Positions 40,138-53,929 are shown, counted from the stretch's first letter. The stretch: DNA of 64,000 bases from Octopus sinensis (GCF_006345805.1 NC_042998.1:17236001-17300000), one strand, 5' to 3'. Translations and numbers: made by a program. The notes: generated from the sequence alone by a model not told the origin.

Positions 40138-40336
40138 ACTCTTTTACTTGTTTCAGTCATTTGACTGCGGCCGTGCTGGAGCACCGCCTTTGATCGAGCA
40201 ACTCGATCCCAGGACTTATTCTTTTGTAAGCCCAGTACTTATTCTATCGGTCTCTTTTGCCGAACCGCTAAGTAACGGGGACATAAACACACCAGCATTG
40301 GTTGTCAAGTAATGCTAGGGGGACAAACACAGACAC

Positions 40337-40406
<70 letters not shown>

Positions 40407-40585
40407 ATATATACATACATAAACATATATACGACAGACACCATTCAGTTTCGATCTATCAAATCCACTCACAAGATTTTGGTCGGCCCGAGGCTATAGT
40501 AGAAGACACATGCCCAAGGTGCCATGCAGTGGGACTGGACCCGTGACCATGTGGTTGGCAAGCAAGCTACTTACCACACAGCCAC
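40138..40585 (-). mobile_element. SINE family A
   Basis: Colinear with 2273-2726. Confidence 0.9.
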
Positions 40586-41022
40586 GTTCAATGTTTCAAT
40601 GACAGCAAAATAATATCTTTGGAAATTTGTAAAACTGCTGAGAATTGATCATAAGTAGCATGAATACAACCCACATGGTATTTAAATATTTACAAGAGCG
40701 ATGTTTCTCTAATGCATAACTTCCCTATTTCCAAAATTCCCGGAAGGACCATTTTTTAATGTGTGCACTGTTTCGGATGATGATAATTTCTTAATTTATA
40801 TCCAGGCTTTATGAGTCTCACAATCTCCTCGTTGTCCAATTCTTCGAATCCAAGCATATTTGATTCAATGGCACCATTTCACAAAGTGAAATATTGGGGC
40901 GGTGGGTAATATATTATATGATAAGTAAATAACGCGAATATTTTCCTACAAATTTTCAACCAGAGGAAAAGAAAATATAAGCGGAGGAACGACATATAGA
41001 TGAGTAGGAAAATAGTGATACC

Positions 41023-41241
41023 AAGGCAGCAAGCTAGCAGAAACTTTAGCACGCCGGGCGAAATGTTTAGCGGTATTTCGTCTGCCGCTACTTTCCATCG
41101 AGGTCGACTTTGCCTTTCATACTTTCCGGGCCGATTAAATAAGTACCAGTTACGCACTGGGGTCGATATAATCGACTTAATCCGTTTGTCTGTCCTTGTT
41201 TGTCCCCTCTGTGTAGCACCTTGTGGGCAGCAAAGAAATAA
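41023..41241 (+). mobile_element. SINE family B (tail type 1), B-box region deleted
   Basis: Colinear with 47140-47370 except for a deletion around the B box. Confidence 0.85.
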
Positions 41242-41959
41242 GGAAAGAGTGATACCGAGAAACTATTAGTAGCCCTAATAAAATACTACTGACCTGTACA
41301 AAAAAAGAAGGAAGATGAAGAGTTTGAAGAAATGTTCACGAAATATAAATTCTATAAATCGATTACTAGTTACTGTACGAAAGAAAGTTTTATTTATAAT
41401 TATTGTAATATCAAACTGACTGTGAATAATACAAAGGATACGTTGGAGGTATACAATATAATGATAAATATCAAATAATTCATTTGCCAAAAGATATTTA
41501 AATAGACATATCGTGTTATAATAGAAAAACATGGTGTCGTTGCGCCAATATTGGATTATCAGTTATATATTTGTATCAATTAAATCTCACTTCACTAGAC
41601 GTATTTAGTGTAGATACCGGATTGTTAGATTATTTGATGAAAAATTTGTGGAATCCTAACTGTTTAACCAGAGAGCTAGCGAATAATTTGAATAAAGGAT
41701 GCTAAATAACGGTCAGCGAATTGGTCAGAAGAAGACAATAGGTCTGCTTAATGAGAACACCCTTGAGTCATATTGGTTGCACACATAGACAGAATAATAG
41801 CTTTAATGTCGGTGAAAGAACAATAAAAGAACGATGAACCATTCTAGTAAAAATGACATAAAATCTAAAGATAATTCTCTTTATTTTCTTAAGGGCAACT
41901 TTACTGCCATTGAAAATGTGGTGTAATATCGAAAGACAATAATATATAAATGTATTCAT

Positions 41960-41975
41960 ACAAACACAAATGCAT

Positions 41976-42010
<35 letters not shown>

Positions 42011-42082
42011 TATATATATATATATAATGTGGCAGTGTATGTGGTACATAACTGTATGTGTGTATGCACGTACGTATGTATA

Positions 42083-42137
<55 letters not shown>

Positions 42138-42330
42138 TATATATTTATATGTATATGTATATATATATATACATACACACACATATATATATATCTATAT
42201 ATATGTGTATATATATATATATTATATATATATATATACATACACACACATATATATATATATGTTCTATGTATGTATGTATGTATGCGCATACACTTAT
42301 ACAAGAACATATATGTGTGTGTGTTCGTGT
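41960..42330. repeat. (CA)n/(TA)n/(TATG)n low-complexity tract
   Basis: Visible directly. Confidence 0.95.
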
Positions 42331-42819
42331 GAATATACTATGCATTAATGCTTGTAAGTATGTATACATATAGAGAGAAAGGTGGAGGGAGAATAGACAG
42401 AGTTGGGAAGAGACAGGATAGAGATTATAAAGTGTTATAGCCACTGGTCATTTTATCAGTATGAGTCGATGTATCGCAGTACATATATACTCTTTACAGC
42501 ATCGGTGGTCAGATATTGAAATTTTGACATACATTTTAGTAATAATTTAGTGCGTCTACATAATTAATCCCACAGTAGTACAAGAGTATTGTGTTCTCTA
42601 CCGACGAATTGTAAACCAGAAAATCTAAAACGAACTCAATATTTTAATTAGGAATTTAATTGTAAAGATCTGTTGTTTGATTAATGCGGGCATTTTATTA
42701 AATTTGATGCGGTCAGTCTCTATATGAAATTCATTTTCACTTATATAAGTTCTCTCGGTATATTGTTGATAAATTGTTATTTAAAAGGAATTATTAAAGT
42801 ATTGTACAAGTGTGAAGAG

Positions 42820-42858
42820 ATAATGATAATAATAATAATGATAATAATAATAATAATA

Positions 42859-42947
<89 letters not shown>

Positions 42948-42981
42948 AGAAGAAGAAGAAGAAGAAGAAGAAGAAGAAGAA
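42820..42981 (+). repeat. (AAT)n followed by (GAA)n
   Basis: Visible directly; start of the Dong-like train. Confidence 0.95.
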
Positions 42982-43585
42982 GGACTAAGAAGGAAAATAT
43001 TCACAGACATGACAGAGTTGGAACCTACATACATTGGAAGCTATGCCAACATTATGGAATAACAACAGAAAAAAGATGGTATAGGCACACACCAGAAAAG
43101 GTCACAGAAAACGAGAAAGCAACCATACTCTGGGATATGCCGATACACACAGATAGAGAAATTAAGGCCAACAGACCAGATATAGTTGTCAGAGATCATG
43201 AAGAAAAAAATGCTTTCTAATTGATGTATCAATACCGGCAGATGACAACGTGACTCTAAAAGAAATGGAGAAACTCTCAAAATACAAAGACCTGGAAATA
43301 GAGATAACTAGAATGTGGAACCTGAAAACGGAAACAATTCCTATCATAGTAGGTGCATTAGGCATGATAAAAAAATATTCAGACAAATACATAACAAAAC
43401 ACCAGGACTTATAAACACATATAACATACAGAAAATTGCACTACTAGGCACTGCACACATCCTACGCAGAACAGTTTCCATACAATAACCATCAGAGCAT
43501 CACAACAAATCACAGCACATACCCAAGGCACACAGAGCTGCGCTCGGTAGTGAAGTGAAAGCACGCTATAAAAATAAAACTACTG
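42982..43585 (+). mobile_element. R4/Dong-like LINE, young family, copy 1 (5'-truncated)
   Basis: HRHDRVGTYIHWKLC, ILWDMPIHTDREIKANRPDIVV, EKLSKYKDLEIE. The 3' UTR ends AAACTACTG and is followed by (AAT)n. Confidence 0.92.
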
Positions 43586-43685
43586 AATAATAATAATAAT
43601 AATATAATAATAATAATAATAATAAAACAACAACAACAACAATAACAATAACAATAATAATAATAATATTAATAATAATGATAAT

Positions 43686-44241
43686 TGCCCTGATGCAGTA
43701 CTAGACAGTGGCTCTCATGGCTTCTGTTCTTAACTGATTGGAAGCGTTATCATGTACATTGTTTTGTCATGGTATTAAAGATGGGCTACAGCAAATATTC
43801 TGCTCGATAGCACAGATTTGCTTGCCAGTTATTTTACCTTAACCAGTTGACCATGTCCCTTAGTGGCTGATCCTATGTGCATCTCTCATCATGAGCAGAA
43901 GTAGTGAGGGAGCATCATAGCCGTGTGTTGAAAGGAATTTTTTGGAGGTTTGGATAATTCACCTTTGGAAACATGGGTGGTTCGTTCAACATCCTCAAAC
44001 AATCCTTATTCATTGACCTTTTGAGAGGGATGGGCTACTGGATTAGAAGAAAATTCTAACTGGGCCCCTCCTGCAAGGTCATGCGCTGTTTATCTTGATA
44101 TGAGATCCCAATGTCGCGCTCAAATGGTTGTGATGCACGTGCCTGGTGTACCCTTATCAGACGGGTAGTAATGATGTGTATACTGGGCTTCGTATATTTT
44201 ACCCCATTGTCACTTTGATGGCATGCACTTCTCTCTCACTC
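43686..44241 (+). mobile_element. Non-coding 556 bp unit bounded by (AAT)n (putative non-autonomous Dong-dependent retroposon or long 3' UTR)
   Basis: Complex sequence with no ORF in the track, sharply flanked by (AAT)n on both sides inside the Dong train. Confidence 0.5.
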
Positions 44242-44290
<49 letters not shown>

Positions 44291-44292
<2 letters not shown>

Positions 44293-46089
44293 GACATCCC
44301 CATCAGAAGAGGAATATTCTAGGGAGACACGCTCTCTCCACACCTTTTCTGCTTGGCACTGTCACCTCTATCTGATATGCTAAATAGAACTAGATGCGGA
44401 TATAAATGTTACGGCAAAACGATCAGCCACCTTTTATATATGGATGACCTAAAACTATACGCTGCAAATGACAAACAGCTGGAAACACTATTAAAGACAG
44501 TTCATGGATTTACCAAAGAAATAGATATGAAATTTGGATTAGAAAAATGCGCCAAAGTAACCATGAAAAGAGGAAAACTAGTTAAAAGTAACAACATCAC
44601 ACTAGATAAAACCAATGAAATAAAAAAATTAGACCAAAGCCAAACTTACAAATACTTAGGAATCCATGAACTAGATAAGACACACACACACACAAATGAA
44701 AGAGAAAATAAAAAAGAATATTATAGACGAGTTAGATCAATACTAAAAACAGAGCTCAATGCTAAAAACAAGATAATAGGTATCAACACTTTAGCTGTCC
44801 CAGTTATAAGTTACAGCTACAATATCCTTAACTGGACACGAAATGAACTGTCCAAAATAGATAGGAAAACAAGAAAAATACTGACAGGATCTAGGATGCA
44901 TCACCCAAATCTGACATAGAAGACTATATATACAACGTATAGAAGGTGGTGGTAGAGGCCTTATACAGCTGGAAAACTACTATAAAATAACCACCATAGG
45001 ACTGCAAAAATACCTACTTCAGAAGGAAGGAAAACTGATCCAGATAGCAGCAAAACACCAGCAAAACAAAAAACTGTTCTCAGTATTTAAGGAAGCTGAC
45101 AAATACAAACAAGAAATCATACCACCTAATAAACACGAAGAAGAAGAAGAAGATGATGAAGAAACAACAAAAGCTATAAAACAATGAAATCCAAACTAAA
45201 AATAGAACAGCAACGAACCATGATAAAACGATGGCAAGAAAAACCCTTCATGGTAAATACTGCACTAAACTAAACGCAAAAGAAATAGACAAAGAAAGAT
45301 CCCAGCAATGGTTGAGAAGCTCAGGACTCAAAGCAGAAACAGAGGGATTTTTAATTGCAGCACAAGACCAAAGCCTCCCCACCGGAAATTACCAAAAACA
45401 TGTAATGAAAAGAAATATTACAAGTAACTGCAGAATATGTGGAGATGGACAAGAAACAATAAATCATATTATCTCTAGCTGCCCAGTCCTGGCTAAGAAG
45501 GAATATATTCAGACATGACAGAGTTGGAACCTACATACACTGGAAGCTATGCCAACATTATGGAATAACAACAGAAAAAAGATGGTATAGGCACACACCA
45601 GAAAAGGTTACAGAAAACGAGAAAGCAACCATACTCTGGGATATGCCGATACACACAGATAGAGAAATTAAGGCCAACAGACCAGATATAGTTGTCAGAG
45701 ATCATGAAGAAAAAAATGCTTTCTAATTGATGTATCAATACCGGCAGATGACAACGTGACTCTAAAAGAAATGGAGAAACTCTCAAAATACAAAGACCTG
45801 GAAATAGAGGTAACTAGAATGTGGAATCTGAAAACAGAAACAATTCCTATCATAGTAGGTGCATTAGGCATGATAAAAAAATATTCAGACAAATACATAA
45901 CAAAAAACACCAGGACTTACAAACACATAATCATACAGAAAATTGCACTACTAGGCACTGCACACATCCTACGCAGAGCACTTTCCATACAATAACCATC
46001 AGAGCATCACAACAAATCACAGCACATACCCAAGGCACACAGAGCTGCGCTCGGTAGTGAAGTGAAAGCACGCTATAAAAATAAAACTA

Positions 46090-46092
<3 letters not shown>
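44291..46092 (+). mobile_element. R4/Dong-like LINE, young family, copy 2 (RT to 3' end, pseudogene)
   Basis: IRRGIF*GDTLSP, SHLLYMDDLKLY, FGLEKC, YKYLG, ETEGFLIAAQDQ, CRICG..ETINHIISSC, RHD, NRPD. Has an in-frame stop and frameshifts, and an (AAT)n tail. Confidence 0.95.
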
Positions 46093-46127
<35 letters not shown>

Positions 46128-46249
46128 TAATAATAATAAAAATGATAATAATAATAATAATAATAATAATTATAATAATAATAATGATAATAATACTAAT
46201 GATAATAATGGTAATAGAAATAATAATAATAATAATATAGTAGTAGTAG

Positions 46250-46280
<31 letters not shown>

Positions 46281-46345
46281 TAATAATATATAATAATAAT
46301 AATAATAATAATAATGATGATGATGATGATGATGATAGTAATAAT

Positions 46346-46409
<64 letters not shown>

Positions 46410-46423
46410 TAATAATAATAATA
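46093..46423 (+). repeat. Long imperfect (AAT)n
   Basis: Visible directly. Confidence 0.95.
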
Positions 46424-47960
46424 TTCACAACGACATGAAGGAAAATACAAAAAAAAAGAGAGTAGCTGCGGCGAGTGAGATAAATGCTGGCTTTAAAGCA
46501 GAATGCCAGAAACATAATTTCAGTAAAATAAATCTCGCGCGCATCCGCCGTAATTCGGTATGGCGTTGGAATCCTGAAGTGGACAGAGGAGGAGCTAAAG
46601 GAGATGGACAGGAAGTCAAGAAAGCTCCTAACGATACATGGAGCCCATCATTCACCTGCAGACACTGATCGCATATACATGAAGAGAGTAAGTGCAGGAA
46701 GGAGACTGATAAATGTGGAATACTGCGTGCGTATGGAACTCGAGAGCTTAATGAGATAGCTTTCCCAAATCAAGGAAGCCTTGGTAGTGTCAGTGAGGAA
46801 CGATGTATTGGAAGCAGAGGAAAAAAAAGAAAAACAAAGGAAGGAGTACGAATAGAGCATGAAAAAGTATTACGCAATAAGGGACTACACAATCAATTCC
46901 ATGTAGCCACAACAGAATTTGCTGGAAAAAATAGGTGGCATTGGCTGATGAAAGGAACTCTAAAAGTATTGAGTGAGCGCACTATACTCGTGGCGCAGAA
47001 CCAATCTTCAGTCACAAACTACAGGGTCAACTTGAGAAATGCGCAAGTGTCTCTGCTGCGCCGCATCTGCAATAGAATGAATGAAACCATTGCCAATATC
47101 ACAACCGAATGCCCTAGAATTGCCCAAAACCACTACAAAGGCGGCGAGCTGGCAGAAACTTTAGCACGCCGGGCGAATTGCGTAGCCGTATTTCGTCTGT
47201 CGTAACGTTCCGAGTTCAATTTCAACCGAGGTCGACTTTGCCTTTCATCCTTTCGGGGTCGATAAATTAAGTACCAGTTACGCACTGGGGTCGATGTAAT
47301 TGACTTAATCCATTTGTCTGTCCTTGTTTGTCCCCTCTGTGTTTAGCTCCTTGTGGGTAGTAAAGAAATATATAAATTGTGACGAAACGATTAGGGAGCA
47401 AAAGTGCTACATTGGAAACTGGGAAAAGTGACGGCTAGAGAGAGGCAAGACGTGGTATGGCACAAAGCGCAGAGAGTAACGGAATCGGAAACTAGCAGAA
47501 TCCACTGGGATTTCCCATTTCAAACAGATCAGTTCCTAGAGCATAACAAACCGGAACAGTGATGGTCAAGAAGGTGCACCACATGTGCTATGTAGTTGAC
47601 GTTGCATGTCTCTCCGACCCACGTAAATTGAAGAAGGAAGGCGAAAAGATAGATAGATACAAACCTCTTAAGTACAACATAGTCTAGCTATGAAAAAGTG
47701 ATGAAGTTGAAGATTGCGCCAGTTATTGTTGGGTTCTTTGAAACAGTGTAAGAAGGCATCAAAAAGATATCAAGGAAACTGGAATGGAGTGCCCAGTAGA
47801 ATTGTTAGAACACGTTTGCCTCTTGGCCTGGGCCAGAGAGATCAGAAAAGTATCAGATAGCTTAAAATAACGGATACTATGGTACCGTAGGTAGGTAGCA
47901 AGTAGCAAGCCCGCAACGCCTGCAAGACTCTAGGGGCTGCAACAAAACCCGTGATAAAAG
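46424..47960 (+). mobile_element. R4/Dong-like LINE, older divergent family, interrupted by a SINE
   Basis: AVIRYGVGILKWTEEELKEMDRK, DTDRIYMKR, TILVAQNQ, RRICNRMNETIANITTECP, IHWDFPFQTD..HNKP, APVIVG. Many lesions; ends in (AAT)n. Confidence 0.85.
47140..47370 (+). mobile_element. SINE family B (tail type 1) nested in the older Dong element
   Basis: GGCGGCGAGCTGGCAGAAAC head to GTAAAGAAATA tail. It splits the LINE between the CCHC and RHD-equivalent regions. Confidence 0.9.
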
Positions 47961-47961
47961 A

Positions 47962-48025
<64 letters not shown>

Positions 48026-48028
<3 letters not shown>

Positions 48029-48819
48029 TCCCGGCAATGGTTGAGAAGCTCAGGAGTCAAAGCAGAAACAGAGGGATTTTTAATTGCAGCACAAGACCAA
48101 AGCCTCCCCACCAGAAATTACCAAAAACATGCAATGAAAAGAAATATTACAAGTAACTGCAGAATATGTGGAGATGGACAAGAAACAATAAATCATATTA
48201 TCTCTAGCTGCCCAGTCATGGCTAAGAAGGAATATATTCACAGACATGACAGAGTTGGAACCTACATACATTGGAAGCTATGCCAACATTATGGAATAAC
48301 AACAGAAAAAGATGGTATAGGCACACACCAGAAAAGGTCACAGAAAACGAGAAAGCAACCATACTCTGGGATATGCCGATACACACAGATAGAGAATTAA
48401 GGCCAACAGACCAGATATAGTTGTCAGAGACCATGAAGAATAAAAATGCTTTCTAATTGATGTATCAATACCGGCTGATGACAACGTGTCTCTAAAAGAA
48501 ATGGAGAAACTCTCAAAATACAAAGACCTGGAAATAGAGGTAACTAGAATGTGGAATCTGAAAACAGAAACAATTCCTATCATAGTAGGTGCAATAGGCA
48601 TGATACAAAAATATTCAGACAAATACATAACAAAAACACCAGGACTTACAAACACATATAACATACAGAAAATTTCACTACTAGGCACTGCACACATCCT
48701 ACGCAGAACACTTTCCATACAATAACCATCAGAGCATCACAACAAATCACAGCACATGCCCAAGGCACACAGAGCTGCGCTCGGTAGTGAAGTGAAAGCA
48801 CGCTATAAAAATAAAACTA

Positions 48820-48822
<3 letters not shown>
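48026..48822 (+). mobile_element. R4/Dong-like LINE, young family, copy 3 (5'-truncated)
   Basis: Near identical to 45298-46092, with the same 3' UTR and (AAT)n tail. Confidence 0.93.
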
Positions 48823-48885
<63 letters not shown>

Positions 48886-48886
<1 letters not shown>

Positions 48887-49121
48887 TGCATGGGAACCGC
48901 TCATATCCTACGCAAAATACTTTCTATGTAATCTCAGGGTTTAAAAGAAACATAATTTTCGTTTTTTTTTGAACGTACACTAGTACAATACCAAAAAAAA
49001 CAACCAAATATGTGGCACACTAGGCACAACCACAACATGAACTTGCAACCTTTTGTCTCTTGAGGTATCTGGGTGAGACTTGGAGCCAACTTGTACAAAT
49101 GTAAAGCAAAAGTCAAACATA

Positions 49122-49122
<1 letters not shown>
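48886..49122 (+). mobile_element. 3' end of a third Dong-like subfamily
   Basis: MGTAHILRKILSM* parallels LGTAHILRRTLSIQ*. The 3' UTR differs; flanked by (AAT)n. Confidence 0.75.
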
Positions 49123-49165
<43 letters not shown>

Positions 49166-49716
49166 TAATCTCCCTCTATTCTACTTCTTTCTTTCGCTAA
49201 TGCCTAGGTAAACTTCATCGATTCTATTCTAATTTCCCTTTTAAGAGCAAATCAACACTTGTTGTTGACGATTGCACCCGTCAACGCCCGCTTAACTAAT
49301 TCATTAATCCGGTCTCTGTTCAGTAACCAGGATCCTGTCTATGAAACCCATCTAATTTGACCGTACAGTCCGTAAATTTGTTGTGTGAATAACCGACCTT
49401 GTGATACTGCTATTATACTCAGGTTTCAGTTTTGATACTGCTATTATACTCAGAATTAAATGGAAAGCAGGTAGCAGGGCCTTACTACTGTCAGACTAAA
49501 AAAATGAACATTCTACACCTAATTTATATCACCAGGAGAAGCGAATATAAAAACAAAATTATTACCAGTCTAAGAGGTGTATGTTGTTCATATTTTTGCA
49601 TATCTCTTTAAAGTATTTCAGGACATTCTCGTCAAATCTATAATAGAAAATTAGAAATGGGATTGTGCTGTTGGGGCTTATTTCTAGAGCTCAGACAATT
49701 CCGAGATCTATCCCAT

Positions 49717-49833
<117 letters not shown>

Positions 49834-50209
49834 TATTTATATATATATGTATGTATGTGTTTGGTAGTGGCTGATGGATCGCTTCCGCTCTAAGTGACTT
49901 TTTACCAAGTTCCATTTGCTAGGAATCGAAATATATTCATTTACCTAATAGTTATACGCCACTCATTCATACGAGTAGGACTTATTCTCTTGAATTTAGT
50001 ATACAGCTTCTGTTCAGTTATGGTAGGAAACTAGGATGTGACTTGACATTACATCAAATAAATAGTAGTAAAACATATTTATATCAATATAATTACCAAA
50101 ATTTATGTCAAGATAATTTAATACCTGAAACAAAACATTTGCAGAACATACTATTACAAAAATAATAGTACTTCTTTCTTCTTTAGTTCTCATAGGGGAA
50201 TGAATATGC

Positions 50210-50236
50210 TTAGATAGATAGATAGACAGACAGACT

Positions 50237-50298
<62 letters not shown>

Positions 50299-50375
50299 AA
50301 GATAGATAGATAGATAGATGGATAGATGATGGATAGATAGATAGATAGATAGATGGATAGATAAATAGATGGATG

Positions 50376-50416
<41 letters not shown>

Positions 50417-50612
50417 ATAGATAAGCTTCTTTATTGGCCACACAGGGCTGCACACAGATGGGACAAGTTACAAGGTAGAGCTTTTCTTTTGGGGGATGAA
50501 AAACACAAAAAAACAAAAAAAAAGGTGGCGTAGGTTTTCGATCAAAAGGGATCGTAAAAGGGAAAAAGAAGAACAAAAAATATAATACCATAAATAAATA
50601 AATAAATAAATA

Positions 50613-50662
<50 letters not shown>

Positions 50663-50699
50663 GATAGACAGATAGATAGATGATAGACAGATAGATACA

Positions 50700-50730
<31 letters not shown>
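50210..50730. repeat. (GATA)n/(CATA)n tract split by an insert
   Basis: Visible directly. Confidence 0.9.
50423..50582 (-). mobile_element. Probable LINE 3' UTR end inserted in (GATA)n
   Basis: The minus strand is T-rich and ends GCAGCCCTGTGTGGCCAATAAAGAAGC then (TATC)n. It shares its last 40 nt with the SINE B type 1 tail. Confidence 0.5.
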
Positions 50731-53178
50731 GTGTGTGTGTTTACACATATTAGTGTCTTTGGTAAGTGTGTGTACAAGTGAGCGTATGTGTTCGAACAAG
50801 GTTTTAAGTATGTAATTGTTCCTTTATCATAGTTTAAAATAAGTCCCTAGTTGCTAGTGAAATAATGTTTTGTTCATTTATTTTTCTTTAATTATTTATC
50901 ATTAAAGAACGATCGATTCTACCCTGTATAGTAGATCTCTAGATCTCGGCAACTGCGACACTACACTTAACGAAGTATGTTACCCGAAAATATCAGAGAA
51001 ATTACCATTACACGCCCATCACAACAAACCGTTTCAACCGACACAAAAACTTGAAGTAGTCGGATTCACCTACACAAGAAAAAAAATCATAAATTCGTAC
51101 ACATTGAAACCGCCTCAAATATATGGCCTTTAATTATGAAGGCTATCATATTGTAAATGTGTTCTCTTCACGTGTAATCAATATATTATTGGTGTTGTTG
51201 CTTAACCCAGTATTTCTACGAGGCTAGCCCGTACGAATTTCTAAATTAATAGAGATTGTCATGTTTAATAAACTTATATATGGTTAAGTGTCTTTAATCT
51301 TGTCGAACACAATGACGAAAAACGAAGATATAGAAATGCATACATATCTTTTTATTCATAAAGATAAGAGAGGACATACATTCATAAAACATAATTTTTT
51401 GGAGGTCGCATTTTTGCCAGTTTGAGAACTGTTGGTTAACATCCAGGGTAATTCCTTTCCGGTAAAATCTATCTTAAATGTTAGGGACCTGATGCAACTC
51501 TATTTTATCAAATATTCAGATAGTTTTTCACCGCTTATAATATCGAATATGTCCTTGCCCTTTAGAACGACATGGGGAAACTTCAAATGATATTTGGCTG
51601 TTATTTCGAGTAAACAGAGAGACTGTTAATGCGTTAAGCCCGTAACGATGAGAAAAAAAATAGTTTATGGAAAAAATATCCGTTATACGATCGGTCGGGA
51701 ATGATATCTGCATTCAATATTTCTCAAACGCCTCATTAAATAACAATTTAGAATATAGTCCTATTTTCCATCCATTTTCTATATACACTACGCACAGCTT
51801 ATTTCAAAAGACATACCCTTCGGATACACATCAATGTTAATGGTTATTTATGTATGAAATAATATTTCTGCGTTTATTTTGTGGGTTTAGAGAACAATCT
51901 AAGCTAGATTTATGAGTCCACCATTATGCTAGCACTCTCCCTTCTTTTCATAGTTTGACCAATTGCTGCTTTTAATATCAGAACTGACAAACCAATGTAA
52001 ACTATCTTTAGCTGCATTGTCTTTGTCCACATGTCCTCTGCATAAATGAGAGAGTTCAGTATTCTTGTCAGCTCATGTTTGTTTTTATAAGGTCCAGCTC
52101 TTCTAATGGCCAGGCGGGATATCTCTGTTCGTATGCATTAAGTTTCTCTGTTTTCTAATATTTTATATTTCTACACACTTTGACTCGGTACAGTTATCTT
52201 CCTTCCATTTACTCTTTGATAATTATTCATTTCATTGAAATAGCTATCCATGAAAATGTGTGTAGTGGAATGGATGTTATGCTCATATATGCTGTTCCGA
52301 TGAGTATTTTATATAATAATATCATTATTATTTTGCATAGCCAACAGCACAGTCAACAGCAAATACCACTTTAATATAAGAGTGTATTCGGTATTGTTAG
52401 GAATATTAAAAGAAGGCAGCATAATAGTATAGCGCTAACGCAAATGTATTGCGGTACTTATTAATGTCATTTTATATTCCCTGATCAGAACTTGCAGAAG
52501 ATGTTTTCATGTTTGTCTCTCAAGAACAACGAAAAATGTTTTTTAAATCTACCGACAATGCATTAATCACCCTTCTAAATTGTAGCTTTGTGTCGATGTA
52601 AGAAAACAGATTCTTTTGAGTAACGCTGTTTGTAGCAGGTTCAAACCTATGCCAACAAAAGTATTATATATACGATACAATATTTTTTCTGTGAAATAAA
52701 GCGTTGCTCTGAAGTATTTAATCCTTGGGGATTAAATACTAGAGAAAGGCATTTATTTTAACCTGCAAAGTATCTATAAATACGACTAGTTTAAATAGTA
52801 TAGTATAGTACACACACAAACACACACACACACACACCACATATTCTCAATGCTAACCATGTAGTTGGTGTTATAAACGGAGACAATTCATATAAAACAG
52901 CTGACACACCACAAGCACTCAAGAGGTGAATTACTATGTTTAAAAGTAAGCATCCCATACAAAATTCTCCTACTCGACAGTTTCCTCTCCATAAATTTTT
53001 GAAGTTAATTATGAATGAATAAAACATGGCAGTAGTATATGCTTGGCTTAAATATTTATTGTAATGTGTCTACGAATTTCAGAGATCTTTCTTTGAGTAT
53101 TGTTGGATATGAGAAAAGTAAAGGCGAATCCAAAATTGTCCTCAAAGCTTAACAACAACAATAATTAGAGGATCATAG

Positions 53179-53356
53179 AAGGCGGTGAGCTGACAGAATC
53201 GTTAGCACACAGAACAAAATGCTTCGCAACATTTCGTCTGTCTTTAACATTCTGAGTTCAAATTCAGCCGAAAGTGTTGAACAACGGGATCGACGTAATC
53301 GATTTAGCTCTTCCATCGAACTTGCTGGTCTTGTGCCAAATTTTGAAATCAATATT
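53179..53356 (+). mobile_element. SINE family B (tail type 2), internally deleted
   Basis: GGCGGTGAGCTGACAGAATCG...GAGTTCAAATTC...TTGCTGGTCTTGTGCCAAATTTTGAAATCAAT. Confidence 0.8.
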
Positions 53357-53929
53357 GAGAGGATCATAGCAATGTATTCACCGTGAATGGAATTCCAGTA
53401 AAGGAGAATTAGTAGGTAGTGTTAAAGGATGCTTAGTAGGAGGATGGCTTCCAAACAACTAAAGCTACCATTTCAATCGTATCCCAACAGAATAAATATG
53501 TTTGTATGGACGAGACAGGCACACACAAAGATAAGCACACATGCCCCACCACCACCACCACATATATATGTATGATTACACAATCGTCGACTTCGATCAG
53601 GCTTCACCGCATTTCTGCACGCATATGCACAGGTCATTGCAATGTGGAAGGCTATCACTTGAAGAAGCATGCATGAATCCATTCCTCACGCAACCAATGC
53701 GTTAGCAGCCGTTGCCAAAGCACAAACAATCCGAACAGATACTGCAAGTTTCTCTTTTCAACATTCTGATGCCTAAAATAATTTATCAGCTCTGACTGAT
53801 ATCGGCCCACAAAGTTTGAAAGATAACGTATATTTGGTGAAGTTTGAATTTAGAGACCAGGGGTCTGAAAATATACTTTTAGACAATCCCTCAGCAAACT
53901 CTAACGATATATCACCGACATATATATCT

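Noticed and set aside
44353-44919. Functional reverse transcriptase CDS
   Set aside because: 5'-truncated, TAG in the GIFQGD motif, and downstream frameshifts.
42820-49168. CRISPR-like or programmed repeat-spacer array
   Set aside because: The separators are variable-length microsatellites and the spacers are retrotransposon pieces. The context is eukaryotic and there are no cas genes.
49402-49453. 21 bp direct repeat TGATACTGCTATTATACTCAG
   Set aside because: Only two copies; an ordinary local slippage duplication.
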